From the NCBI GenBank assembly GCA_027064425.1, contig JAMOPO010000027.1, positions 179,353-243,352 of the forward strand: a stretch of DNA of 64,000 bases, written 5' to 3'. Positions 18,355-27,548 of the stretch are shown here, piece after piece. The stretch comes from Methanobacteriota archaeon (GTDB lineage Archaea > JAADCQ01 > Methanopyri > Methanopyrales > Methanopyraceae). The translations under genes and the position numbers were made by a program. The stretch's first letter is position 1. Every line of letters begins with the position of its first letter. The notes beneath the pieces were generated by a model, which saw only the letters and a list, made by a program, of their open reading frames with translations, made no database searches and was not told the origin of the DNA.

Positions 18355-19923
18355 GTGTGCGGGATCGTGTGCCTGGCCGGGAGAAGGGGGGAGGAGGTCG
18401 AGCGGGCGCTGGAGGTCATCCGGCACCGCGGCCCGGACGGGCGCGGGTTCGCCGTGGTCAGGGAGGGTGAGGTGGAGTTCTCGGAGGAGGCGCCGGACGA
18501 GGGCGAGGTTCTCCTCGGGCACGTGCGACTGCGGGTTCGAGGTGAGGAGGAGGTCCAGCCCATCACCGACGAAGACCGGGCCGTCGCAGTTGACGGGGAG
18601 CTTTACAACTACCGGCGGTTCGTGGAGGACGCTCCCTCGGACTCGTGGGCCGTGTTCGGGATGGTTAAGTCCGAGTCCGACGCCGCCGCGGCCCTGAGGC
18701 TACTGCGCGGTGAGTACGCGTTCGTGGCCGCGCTGGAGGACGGCACGGTGCTGGCCGCCCGGGACCCGATCGGTGTGCGCCCGCTCTACTTTTCCCTCGA
18801 TGGAGACGGGCTCGCGATCGCCTCGGAGCGTAAGGCGCTGTGGGCGCTGGGCCTCGAAGACGCACGACGCCTGCCGCCCGGGTCGCTGCTGGTGTACCGG
18901 GATGGTGAGCTCAGGGTCCGGAACGTGGTGGACGTGCCCCGTCCGCGTCCGGGATCTTACGGGCCTGAGGACCTGCGGCGCGCGCTGGAGCGGTCGGTCC
19001 GTGACCGGGTCCGGGAGACGGAGCGAGTCGGGATCGTCCTGTCGGGCGGCGTGGACAGCTCGACGATCGCCCTGCTCGCGTCCGAGCACGCGGAAATCCG
19101 GTGCTACGCGGCGGGGTTCGAGGGTTCCGACGACGTCGAGTTCGCTGATCGGCTGTGCGACGCGATGGGGTGGGACTTCCGCCGGATCGACCTCGGCGAG
19201 TCGTTCGAGGAGCTGGTGGCCCTGACGGTGCTGGCGGTCGAGTCGTACAACCCTATGAAGGTGGAGGTGGGCGTTCCGATCCTGGCCTGCGCGGGGGCGA
19301 TGTCCGAGGACGGGCTCAGGGTGATGCTCTCCGGGCAGGGTGCGGACGAGCTGCTGGGCGGGTATCAGCGCCACCTGCGGAACTACGGGGACTGGGAGCG
19401 GTTCGCGCTCGAGCTGTGGCGGGACGTGGCGTCGATCCACGAGGTGAACCTGGAGCGGGACGACAAGGCCGGGATGATCCACTCGGTGGAGCTTCGGGTC
19501 CCCTACCTCGACCTGGACGTGGTCCGCGTGGGACTGGGCATTCACCCGGAGGAGAACGTCAGCGGCCCGGAGGACCGGCTGCGGAAGCGGGCGCTGCGCA
19601 AGGTGGCGGAGGAGCTGGGCCTGCCGGACTTCGTGGTGGAGCGGCGGAAGCGCGCGACCCAGTACGGGTCTCTCACCTCTAAGATGCTGGACAAGCTCGT
19701 GCGGGAGCTGGGTGTCAAGCGGGCCGTCGCCAAGCAGCTCGGGTACCGGAGTCACAAGGAGCTGTTCCTGCGCGTGGTGGGCCGGCACCTCGGCTTCCCG
19801 TGGGAGGCGCCCGACGTGCGGGAGATCGAGCGCGAGTGCTCCCGGCTGAACGTGGAGTGCGAGCTGGAGGACTTCCTGGAAGAATACGTGCGACCGCTCA
19901 GTACTCGCCGAGTGAGCGGGTGA
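18355..19923 (+). CDS. asnB: asparagine synthase (glutamine-hydrolysing)
   Basis: N-terminal (M)CGI, HRGPD, GELYN, RDPIGVRPL, LSGGVDSS, SGQGADEL.GGY, ELRVPYLD. Confidence 0.92.
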   Translation: MCGIVCLAGRRGEEVERALEVIRHRGPDGRGFAVVREGEVEFSEEAPDEGEVLLGHVRLRVRGEEEVQPITDEDRAVAVDGELYNYRRFVEDAPSDSWAVFGMVKSESDAAAALRLLRGEYAFVAALEDGTVLAARDPIGVRPLYFSLDGDGLAIASERKALWALGLEDARRLPPGSLLVYRDGELRVRNVVDVPRPRPGSYGPEDLRRALERSVRDRVRETERVGIVLSGGVDSSTIALLASEHAEIRCYAAGFEGSDDVEFADRLCDAMGWDFRRIDLGESFEELVALTVLAVESYNPMKVEVGVPILACAGAMSEDGLRVMLSGQGADELLGGYQRHLRNYGDWERFALELWRDVASIHEVNLERDDKAGMIHSVELRVPYLDLDVVRVGLGIHPEENVSGPEDRLRKRALRKVAEELGLPDFVVERRKRATQYGSLTSKMLDKLVRELGVKRAVAKQLGYRSHKELFLRVVGRHLGFPWEAPDVREIERECSRLNVECELEDFLEEYVRPLSTRRVSG

Positions 19924-20308
19924 ACAGCCGGCGCGGGTCGAGCCCGGTCCGACGGGCCGTCTCGTAGTCCACGACGTACGACTTCTCCCGCTCCTCCAGG
20001 TCCTCCGGGCGGAGAAGGATCGCGTTCAGCGCGAACCCGGTCCTGCGGTGGGGCGGCTTCCACGCGATCATCGGCTCGGCGCGGAACCGCTCGGCGAACT
20101 CGACCAGCCCTTCCACCTCCTCCTTGCGCACGTAGAGCCGGTCCTCTCGACGGACCTTGCACTCCACCGCGAGGTGGCCCCGCCCCGGCACGTAGGCCAC
20201 AACGTCCACGGGCCCTCCCGACCCGGCCGCTCGGATGGCCTCGCCTCCGTGCCGGCGGACGTACCTGACGAGCTGCCGCTCGAAGTCGGCCCCCTTGCGG
20301 TAGGACAC
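19898..20308 (-). CDS. hjc: Holliday junction resolvase
   Basis: YRKGADFER, R..GSG, DVVA, ECK. Confidence 0.9.
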   Translation of the reverse strand: MSYRKGADFERQLVRYVRRHGGEAIRAAGSGGPVDVVAYVPGRGHLAVECKVRREDRLYVRKEEVEGLVEFAERFRAEPMIAWKPPHRRTGFALNAILLRPEDLEEREKSYVVDYETARRTGLDPRRLFTRSLGEY

Positions 20309-20312
20309 CGGC

Positions 20313-20897
20313 CTACCCCTCCACGACGTCGTCCGGCACGTCCAGCGAGTCTCCCACGCGCTTCAGCACCTGCCGCACGATGATCTCGGCGATCTCCTCC
20401 TTCTCCATTCCCTCAGCGTCCAGCCAGCGAACCTCCACCCCGAACTCCCTCTCGGCGCGCCGGGCCGCCCGGCGGTACTCCTTCCTGACCTTCTCGAGGA
20501 ACTCTGGGTCGAACTCCTCGTCGCGCACCAGGGGCTCCCGGTCGATCACGTAGATAAGGTCCGGCTTGGGGACGGGGCGCTGGAGCTCCAGCAGCCAGGA
20601 GAGGTCGGCTCCCAGGGCGGACTGGTAGGCGAGGGTGCTCAGGAACGTCCGGTCGGAGAGGACCACGTCCGACCCCTCGAAGTCAACGCGCTCGAGCGTG
20701 AGCAGCCGGTCGAGGGTGAAGGCGAGGGCCTGGGCGTGGGGGTTATCCCACTTCAGGGCCTTCCTGCCCAGCTCCGTGCCGGGCTCTCGCACGATGGTCA
20801 CCTCGAGCCCGTGGATCTCGAGGAGCTCGGAGGCGATGTTCACGACGGAGGACTTACCGACGCCGTCCACGCCCTCGACGCCCACGTACAGGGACAA
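20313..20897 (-). CDS. tmk: thymidylate kinase
   Basis: VEGVDGVGKSS, REPG, DR, SDR.FLS..AYQ, PKPD; TTG start inferred. Confidence 0.92.
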   Translation of the reverse strand: MSLYVGVEGVDGVGKSSVVNIASELLEIHGLEVTIVREPGTELGRKALKWDNPHAQALAFTLDRLLTLERVDFEGSDVVLSDRTFLSTLAYQSALGADLSWLLELQRPVPKPDLIYVIDREPLVRDEEFDPEFLEKVRKEYRRAARRAEREFGVEVRWLDAEGMEKEEIAEIIVRQVLKRVGDSLDVPDDVVEG

Positions 20898-20922
20898 GGT
20901 CGGCCCTCCCGAGATCGGACCG

Positions 20923-20938
20923 CGAAAATTTAATGTAT
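20923..20938 (+). promoter_or_regulatory. putative BRE/TATA promoter (tRNA-iMet / divergent tmk)
   Basis: CGAAAATTTAATGTA, AT-rich island about 30-40 nt upstream of the tRNA. Confidence 0.5.
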
Positions 20939-20967
20939 TGGATGGGGACCGGGCGCGCATGGAGGGC

Positions 20968-21046
20968 AGCGGGGCGGGGTAGCCAGGTCCATCCCGCCGG
21001 GCTCATAACCCGGAGGTCCCGGGTTCAAATCCCGGCCCCGCTACCA
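20968..21046 (+). tRNA. tRNA-iMet (CAT), encoded CCA, C at position 8
   Basis: AGCGGGG/CCCCGCT acceptor stem with A1-U72, CTCATAA loop, GTTCAAATC T-loop. Confidence 0.95.
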
Positions 21047-21052
21047 GTCCGG

Positions 21053-21077
21053 AATCGTTATGAGGTTCGTAACGATT
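21053..21077. promoter_or_regulatory. CGTTW-N9-TAACG palindromic element, copy 1
   Basis: AATCGTTA-tgaggttcg-TAACGATT, 6 nt after the tRNA-iMet CCA. Confidence 0.7.
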
Positions 21078-21101
21078 CGGGCCCGGGAGGAGGATGGAGG
21101 G

Positions 21102-22280
21102 TCAGGCTGCGGCCGGTGCCGGCGTCAGCAGCCACTGGACCAGCGTCTCCAGCAGGTAGGTGACCGTCGTCAGCAGCGAGCCTAGGAACAGGTCCTCGGG
21201 AGGTATGTCGACGCCCGTCGCGCTCTTGATGGCGGCCGCGAGCTCCCGGAATGCCTCCTGAACCTCCGGGGACAGGCCCTGGAACGCCTGGTGCTTGATG
21301 TCCTCCGGGAGCAGCATGGTCAGCACCGTGGACACCAGCGCCGCCAGGATCGACTTCTCCAGGAAGTTCACCGTCAGCATCTCGGTGAACGTCGGCTGAG
21401 ATTCCTGCCTGAGCTTACCGCCGGCCGCCCAGACGATTGCCTTCGCCAGGAGCGCGTGGGCGCCGGTTCTGTTCGTCAGCTCCGGGTGCGGTCCGAAGAG
21501 CACGAATCTGCCCCGGGGCACCCACTCGTCGCCCTCGCGGACGAAGTACTGGCCCGCGACGATCGCCCAGCCGCGGCAGGTGTCCACGTACTCGCCCACC
21601 GGCCAGATCTTGATCATGACGTCCTTGCCTTCGATCTTGGTGTACTTGATCCAGCACTTCTGACTCGGGTCGTACCGGAGACCCTCCTCCGGGCCGAACC
21701 CCGGGCCGTTCCAGTACTTGTACGTGAAGACGTTGTTCCACGTCCAGTCCGGCGTCAGCGGGTTGTTCGGCAGGATGAGCACGCGGCAGATCCGGTTGGG
21801 CCCGTTCATCCCGTCCACGACGGTGACGCCGTCCTGAATGAGGTCCTGGTGGCCCGGCCCGCTGGAGCTGTACTCGATGTTGCCCGCGTGCAGGTAGGCG
21901 CCCGCGCAAACGCCCACGTAGCCGATGCCCAGGTCGATCTGCGCGTGGTACAGGAGCTCCACGAAGTCGAAGTGCCAGTACCGCTCCGGGTGCCAGCCAC
22001 CGGGGACGTAGATCACGTTGATCTTAGCGCCGGTGAGTGGGTCGATGCCCGTCTCCAGCACGGTCCGCCAGCGGTCCTCCCTGGTCGTGTAGTGCCACAC
22101 TATCGTGTCCTGGGGACCGGTGGCCCGGTAAGTGTTCCACCAGTCCACGATCCTCTTCGTCCGCGCCACGCAGGTATCGTCCGCACCGCCTCCCGCCCAG
22201 GTGAGGATATGAATCTCCGCGGTGGCGGGCGATGCGACGAGCGTCACGGTCGCCAGGAGCACCAGGAGGGAGGGTCTCAC
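21102..22280 (-). CDS. secreted/membrane protein with class I GATase-like (BPL_N-like) domain
   Basis: Signal peptide, YVPGG, YVGVCAGAY, YWNGP, GPHPE triad, C-terminal hydrophobic helices. Confidence 0.75.
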   Translation of the reverse strand: MRPSLLVLLATVTLVASPATAEIHILTWAGGGADDTCVARTKRIVDWWNTYRATGPQDTIVWHYTTREDRWRTVLETGIDPLTGAKINVIYVPGGWHPERYWHFDFVELLYHAQIDLGIGYVGVCAGAYLHAGNIEYSSSGPGHQDLIQDGVTVVDGMNGPNRICRVLILPNNPLTPDWTWNNVFTYKYWNGPGFGPEEGLRYDPSQKCWIKYTKIEGKDVMIKIWPVGEYVDTCRGWAIVAGQYFVREGDEWVPRGRFVLFGPHPELTNRTGAHALLAKAIVWAAGGKLRQESQPTFTEMLTVNFLEKSILAALVSTVLTMLLPEDIKHQAFQGLSPEVQEAFRELAAAIKSATGVDIPPEDLFLGSLLTTVTYLLETLVQWLLTPAPAAA

Positions 22281-22339
22281 CCGGTCACCCCCGCCCGGCC
22301 CCGGCGGGAGGCCCTTTTATCGTTGGTAGGCAAGCGGTA

Positions 22340-22430
22340 CACCGGGCGCCGTGATGTGGATGGGATCTCCGGTGGGGATCGGGGAGGCCTCGCGGCCGAT
22401 GACCGGACCGGCGGGAGCCGAAACCCGCGG
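22340..22430 (+). ncRNA. candidate K-turn-containing sRNA
   Basis: TTTTAT about 25 nt upstream; GTGATGT, GA...GATGA K-turn-like motif and CCGA in a 150-nt intergenic gap. Confidence 0.35.
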
Positions 22431-22434
22431 GAAT

Positions 22435-22794
22435 TCACTCCAGCACCTTGATGTTCTCGACGACCTGCGGGTACAGCGTGATCTCGAAGTCGTCCTCCTC
22501 CCGCTTGATCACGATGTTACCTCGGTTGTCGATCCGCTCGACCTTACCCCGGATCTTCCTCCGACGGTACCCTTCGGGCGAGCGGTAGCGGATCACGACG
22601 ACGACCTCCTTGCCCACGATGTCCTCGTCCCAGTCCGGCCTGGGGAGGTCCAGGAACTCGCCGGTCTCCACGCCGAACTCCCGGTACGACGGGATCCGCT
22701 TGATCTCCTTCCCGCACTCCGGGCACTTTAACACCTCTACGCCGTCCTCCCGGAGCTCCGGGTTCATCTCGGTCCCGCACTCCGGGCACTTCAA
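22435..22794 (-). CDS. zinc-ribbon protein with Sm/LSm-like C-terminal domain
   Basis: Two CPECG knuckles; IVGKEVVV...IRGKVERIDNRGNIVI Sm1-like motif. Confidence 0.65.
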   Translation of the reverse strand: MKCPECGTEMNPELREDGVEVLKCPECGKEIKRIPSYREFGVETGEFLDLPRPDWDEDIVGKEVVVVIRYRSPEGYRRRKIRGKVERIDNRGNIVIKREEDDFEITLYPQVVENIKVLE

Positions 22795-23501
22795 TCCGGC
22801 TCACCCCGGGCCCGTTCGTGCTCTTCCGCGAGCTCCCGCGCGGAGCCGACGACCTCGTACCACAGGACCACGTCCCGACCGAGCCGCTCCACGCGCTTGA
22901 GCTTTAGTCCCACGCCCTCCGCCACCGTCGGGAACCCCTTCCCCTCCACCGGCGTGAGCGCCTCCGAGCCGCCGATCATCACGGGCGCCACCGCGACCCT
23001 GAACTCGTCGATCAGCCCATGCTTCAGGAAGCTCCAGGCGAGCGTGGGGCCACCCTCCAGCAGCAGGGACCTGACCCCGCGCTCGTACAGGACCCGCAGC
23101 CCCTCTCGCACGTCCGCGAACTCCCCTTCCCACCCGACCTCCTCCACCTCCACTCCACGCCGCTCGAGCCTGCGGCGGTGCTCCGGCTCCGCCTCGGCGC
23201 AGAGGATCAGCGTGGGGATCTCGCGGGCGGTTCGGACGAGCCGGCAGTTCAGGGGTATCCCGGTGCAGTCCGAGGAGAACACGACCCGGAGCGGGTCCTC
23301 ACCCTCAACCAGCCGGACGTTGAGCATCGGGTCGTCCCTGCGCACGGTGTTCGCGCCCACGGCGACCGCGTCGTGCTCGGCCCGAAGCCGGTGCACCTCC
23401 CTCAGGTCCTCCTCGCCGGAGATCCGGGCGTCTCCCTCCACGCTCACCACCTTGCCGTCGGCCGTCATCCCTACGTTGTACAGCACCCGGGGCCGCTTCA
23501 G
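22791..23501 (-). CDS. 2,5-diamino-6-ribosylamino-4(3H)-pyrimidinone 5'-phosphate reductase (RibD-C/ArfC)
   Basis: MTADGK, VH.LRA..DA..VGANTV..DDP.L, LLLEGG..L; start either GTG 23486 or CTG 23501. Confidence 0.9.
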   Translation of the reverse strand: MKRPRVLYNVGMTADGKVVSVEGDARISGEEDLREVHRLRAEHDAVAVGANTVRRDDPMLNVRLVEGEDPLRVVFSSDCTGIPLNCRLVRTAREIPTLILCAEAEPEHRRRLERRGVEVEEVGWEGEFADVREGLRVLYERGVRSLLLEGGPTLAWSFLKHGLIDEFRVAVAPVMIGGSEALTPVEGKGFPTVAEGVGLKLKRVERLGRDVVLWYEVVGSARELAEEHERARGEPD

Positions 23502-23522
23502 CGCGCGACGCCCCCTGGGACC

Positions 23523-25070
23523 TCAGTCGCGCTCCACGAGGTACCCCTCGATCCACAGGACGTCCGCGGTCCCTTTCAGGAAGGACCTGACGGCGTCCTC
23601 GGGCGAGCAGACGATCGGCTCCCCGTGAAGGTTGAAGCTGGTGTTCAGGACGGCGCCCACGCCCGTCTCCCCCTCGAAGGCCTCCAGGATCTCTCGGTAG
23701 AAGGGCAGCTCGTTTCCGAGCGTCTGGGGCCGGGTCGTCCCGTCCACGTGCACGACCGCGGGCGCCTCGCGCCTGAACTCATCCGTGGCGCGGAAGGCGA
23801 GGGTCATGAACGGGGCCCGACAGGGGTTGTGCAGGTACTCCTCGGCCCGCTCCTCGAGGATGGTCGGTGCGAAGGGCTGGTACTCGTCCCGGCCCAGGTC
23901 GCGGTTCAGCTTGTCCACGATCGCCCGGTCCCGTGGGTCCGCGAGGATGCTCCGGGCTCCGAGCGCCCTCGGACCGTACTCCATCCTCCCCTGGAAGACG
24001 GCGACCGTCTTACCCTCCAGCAGTCGGGAGACGATGGCCTCCGGGTCCCGGCCCACCAGCTCGGCCCGGTCGAGCAGCCCGTGCTCCTTGAGCGCCCGCT
24101 CCACCTCGCTCCGGTCGTACTCGGGGCCCAGGTACACGTGCTCCAGCCGCCGCGGTCGTGGGGTTCGACCCCGGGCCAGCTCCTCCTGCGCCCAGGCCCA
24201 GAGGGCGGCCCCCGCGGCCAGCCCGCCGTCTCCCATGTTCGGGTGGACGAAGAGGTCGAGGTCGAGCTCCTCCCGGAGGCGCATGTTGGCGATGACGTTC
24301 GCGGCGACGCCTCCGGCGTAGGCGACCCTCCGCTCCCCGTGCTCCTCGACGTGGTGCTCGAAGTACCGGAGGAGGAGGCGCTCGAGGGCCCGCTGGGCGG
24401 TGGCCGCGAGGCGCTCCCGGTCGAGCTCGGCGAGAGGTGAGCGCTTGAGCCGGCGCACGGCCTCGCCGGAGACGGCCCCCAGGAGGTTTCGGATCCGGCC
24501 CTCCTCGACGGTGATAACCTCGCTCTCGATCCACTCGAGGGCGCGCTGGTCGGGCTCGGCGTACGCGGCCAGGCACATGACCTTGCCCTCGTCCTTCATC
24601 GGCTCGAGGCCCAGGAGCTCGGTCACGTTCGCGTAGAAGTCGCCCAGGGAGTCGTAGTAAGAGTCCGTGGCGACGCGGTGCATGCGCCCGCGCTCGCACA
24701 CCCAGACGGTCGCGGAGAGGCCGTCGCCCGCCGCATCCACGGTGACCGTGAGGCAGCGGTCGAAGCCGGAGGTGTAGTAAGCCGAGGCGGCGTGGGCGAC
24801 GTGGTGCTCGACGAAGTAGAGGGGGGCCTCGAGCTCCTCGGCCAGCTCGCGCAGTCGGTCGAGGAGGCGCTTGCGGCGGTAGAGACCGGCGACGGCGATC
24901 GCGTCCGGGGCCTCCGCGCGCTCGAGGACGAACCGGAGCGACCGCTCGGGGAAGCCTCGGTGGAGTTTTTTACGCGAGAACCGCTCCTCGTTGGCGGCGG
25001 CGACGAGCTCTCCGTCGCGTACGAGCGCCGCCCCGGCGTCGTGGCCGTGGTGGATTCCGACGATCTCCAC
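23523..25070 (-). CDS. carbamoyltransferase (NodU/CmcH family)
   Basis: HDAGAAL, EERFSRKK, HH.AHAASA, EGKVM.LAAY, GGVAAN, EYGPRALGARSIL, HVDGT.RPQT, LNTSFN.HGEPIV. Confidence 0.92.
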   Translation of the reverse strand: MEIVGIHHGHDAGAALVRDGELVAAANEERFSRKKLHRGFPERSLRFVLERAEAPDAIAVAGLYRRKRLLDRLRELAEELEAPLYFVEHHVAHAASAYYTSGFDRCLTVTVDAAGDGLSATVWVCERGRMHRVATDSYYDSLGDFYANVTELLGLEPMKDEGKVMCLAAYAEPDQRALEWIESEVITVEEGRIRNLLGAVSGEAVRRLKRSPLAELDRERLAATAQRALERLLLRYFEHHVEEHGERRVAYAGGVAANVIANMRLREELDLDLFVHPNMGDGGLAAGAALWAWAQEELARGRTPRPRRLEHVYLGPEYDRSEVERALKEHGLLDRAELVGRDPEAIVSRLLEGKTVAVFQGRMEYGPRALGARSILADPRDRAIVDKLNRDLGRDEYQPFAPTILEERAEEYLHNPCRAPFMTLAFRATDEFRREAPAVVHVDGTTRPQTLGNELPFYREILEAFEGETGVGAVLNTSFNLHGEPIVCSPEDAVRSFLKGTADVLWIEGYLVERD

Positions 25071-25085
25071 GGGGGTGCTCCCCTG

Positions 25086-25400
25086 TTGGCGGAACGTCGT
25101 CGTCGGTACGTCCGGTTTCAGCAGCTCGTGGGGATGGAGGTTTACACGGAGGAGGGGAACAAGGTCGGCACGGTCCGAGACGTTACCTTCGACCCGGAGA
25201 CGGGCGACCTGAAGAGGTTAATCGTTGTGGTGACGGAGGAGTCGCCGGGCGGGCTGATTCCGATCCCGGGCGTCGAGGAGAAGCGGGTGGAGAACCTTAA
25301 CGCGGCCGCCGTCAAGGCGGTGGGCGATATCGTCATCGTGGAGGCCCGAGGACGCTCGGAGGAGGAGAAGAAGCGGTCCAAGGAGGAGGGAGAGGAGTAG
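25086..25400 (+). CDS. PRC-barrel domain protein
   Basis: LVGMEVYTEEG.KVG.V.D..FD, VKAVGDIVIV; TTG start after GGGGTG. Confidence 0.85.
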   Translation: MAERRRRYVRFQQLVGMEVYTEEGNKVGTVRDVTFDPETGDLKRLIVVVTEESPGGLIPIPGVEEKRVENLNAAAVKAVGDIVIVEARGRSEEEKKRSKEEGEE

Positions 25401-26030
25401 TTGCCGGTGGTGTTCGTCGAGCACGCGGACCGGTGGTCCCCGTGGCTGGACCTGGAGTACACCGAGTCCTTCAGGGTGGCCCGGGGGTACGGCTGGGAGT
25501 TCACGGTCACGGGCGCCGACCCGGAGGTGTTGGCCAAGGCCCGGTACCCGGCCCTGCCGTACTCGGGCTCGGAGCTCCCGTTAAAGGGCGAGCGGGTGGT
25601 CGTGCTGGACCCGGACGCGGAGGAGCCGCTGACGCCGGACGAGGAGCCGGACGTGATCGTGGTGGGTGGGATCCTGGGGGACCATCCCCGGCGGCACCGG
25701 ACCCGGAAGCTCATCACGCCCCGGTTCGAGGGGGCGGAGGTGAGGCACCTGGGTGATTACCACTTCAGCATCGACGGCGCGGTCCGGGTCGCCCTGATAA
25801 TCCTGGAGGAAGGGCTGGAGATTGAGGAGCTCGAGGTGGTGGAGCGGCCGGAGGTGGAGCTGGAGGACGGCCACTCGGTGCGGCTCCACTGCGATTACCC
25901 GGCGGAGGACGGGCGCCCGATCCTGCCGGAGGGGTTGCTGGAGTACCTCCGGGAGGGGATCATCGAGTATGAGGAAGCTGAGCTTAGGGCTCGTGGGCGT
26001 GGGAGGGATCGGGTCAACGGTGCTGACTGA
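25401..26030 (+). CDS. SPOUT methyltransferase, Sfm1-like
   Basis: VEH...W..LEY, VLDP.A...LTP, VGGILGDHP.R.RT, RHLG..FSIDGA. Confidence 0.85.
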   Translation: MPVVFVEHADRWSPWLDLEYTESFRVARGYGWEFTVTGADPEVLAKARYPALPYSGSELPLKGERVVVLDPDAEEPLTPDEEPDVIVVGGILGDHPRRHRTRKLITPRFEGAEVRHLGDYHFSIDGAVRVALIILEEGLEIEELEVVERPEVELEDGHSVRLHCDYPAEDGRPILPEGLLEYLREGIIEYEEAELRARGRGRDRVNGAD

Positions 26031-26757
26031 GGCGGCGGAGGGCCGGCTCCGGGGCCGCGTGGAGCCGGTGGCCGCGTGCGACAGGAACCGGGAGCGGCTG
26101 GAGTGGGTGCGGGAGCTTTTCCCGGAGTGCGAGACCACGACGGAGCTGGAGGAGGCGCTGGAGTGGGACTGCGACGTGATCGTGGAGGCGGCGTCCGTGG
26201 AGGCCGCCGCGGAGCTGCTGCCGGAGGCCCTGGAGCGCGCGGACGTCGTCATCCTTAGCGTGGGAGCCCTGGTGCTGGAGGACGGGCTGCTGGAGGAGTG
26301 CCTGGAGGTTGCGGAGCGGACGGGCCACCGGCTGTTCGTTCCCTCCGGGGCCGTGGGCGGTCTGGACGTGCTCCGGGCCGTGAGCGGGGCGGTCGAGGAG
26401 GTGGTGCTGACGACGATCAAGCCGCCGGAGTCCCTGGGCCGGGATGCGGAGGAGCGCGAGGTGGTCTTCGAGGGGTCCGTGCGGGAGGCGGTGAAGCGGT
26501 TCCCGAGGAACGTCAACGTGGCGGCCGCCATCTCGCTGGCGGTGGGCGACCCGTCCCGGGTCCGGGTCAGAGTGGTGTGCGACCCGGAGGTCGATCGTAA
26601 CACGCACATCATCGAGGTCCGGTCGGAGGTGGGCGACTACCGGTTCGAGCTGCGGAACGCGGCCCTGCCGGAGAACCCGAAGACGAGCGCCCTGGCGGCG
26701 TACTCGACCGTCGCGCTCCTGGAGCGGCTGACCGAGGGGCTCCGGGTGGGGACTTGA
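25969..26757 (+). CDS. nadX: L-aspartate dehydrogenase
   Basis: GVGGIG, VEAAS, SVGAL, PSGAVGGLD, KPP, FPRNVNVAA, NPKTSALAA. Confidence 0.92.
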   Translation: MRKLSLGLVGVGGIGSTVLTEAAEGRLRGRVEPVAACDRNRERLEWVRELFPECETTTELEEALEWDCDVIVEAASVEAAAELLPEALERADVVILSVGALVLEDGLLEECLEVAERTGHRLFVPSGAVGGLDVLRAVSGAVEEVVLTTIKPPESLGRDAEEREVVFEGSVREAVKRFPRNVNVAAAISLAVGDPSRVRVRVVCDPEVDRNTHIIEVRSEVGDYRFELRNAALPENPKTSALAAYSTVALLERLTEGLRVGT

Positions 26758-27548
26758 AGCCGCCCGAGCCCCGGGAGCTGGAGGTGTACTCCAACCTGCG
26801 CACGCCGCCCAACGCGCACCTGGTCCTGCGCGTGGACGGACGGGCGTTTACGAACCTGACGCGCCGGCTGGGGATGAAGAAGCCCTACGATCGGCGGTTC
26901 GCGGAGGCGATGGCCGAGACGGCCGTGCGCCTGATCCGGGACTCCGGCCTCGGCGTCACGCTCGTGTACGGGTTCTCCGACGAGCTCAACCTGCTGATCC
27001 CGCGCGACCGGATCCCGTTCTCCGGCCGGGTGGAGAAGCTCACCTCCGTCTCCGCTTCCTGCGCGGCCAGCTACCTGCAGGGCGCGCTGAGGGAGCACTT
27101 CGGGGATAGGGTGTTCGAGGAGACGATCTCCTTCGACTCCCGGTGCGTGGTCCTCACGGAGGACGACGTGATCCGGTACTTCAAGTGGCGGCAGGATGAG
27201 GCCTGGCGGAACCACCTGAACTCGTACGCGTACTGGGCGCTCAGGAAGAAGGGCCTCTCGCCGAGGGAGGCCGCCGAGCGACTCCGCGGGATGAAGGCGC
27301 ACGACGTGCACGAGCTCCTCTTCCACGAGTTCGGGATCAACCTGGGCCGCACGCCGGTGTGGCAGCGCCGCGGCTTCCTGGCGTACCGGGTGAAGGTGCG
27401 GGAGGGCGGGGTCGAGCGGTACCGGGTGACCCGGGACTGGGCCCCGCCGATGTTCGACGAGGGACCGGGGCGACGAATTTTACGATCGTGTCTCCGGGAC
27501 GGGTACGTGGAGCTGGACTCGGTGCCTGGGGGTGAGGAGGAGTCATGA
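26754..27548 (+). CDS. thg1: tRNA(His) guanylyltransferase Thg1-like protein
   Basis: LRVDGRAF, KPYD, SDE.N, F.GRVEK, FDSR, YF.WRQ..AWRN. Confidence 0.92.
   Translation: MKPPEPRELEVYSNLRTPPNAHLVLRVDGRAFTNLTRRLGMKKPYDRRFAEAMAETAVRLIRDSGLGVTLVYGFSDELNLLIPRDRIPFSGRVEKLTSVSASCAASYLQGALREHFGDRVFEETISFDSRCVVLTEDDVIRYFKWRQDEAWRNHLNSYAYWALRKKGLSPREAAERLRGMKAHDVHELLFHEFGINLGRTPVWQRRGFLAYRVKVREGGVERYRVTRDWAPPMFDEGPGRRILRSCLRDGYVELDSVPGGEEES

Noticed and set aside
26754-27548. Recoded or split Thg1 as in some Methanosarcina
   Set aside because: The ORF is continuous with no in-frame stop.
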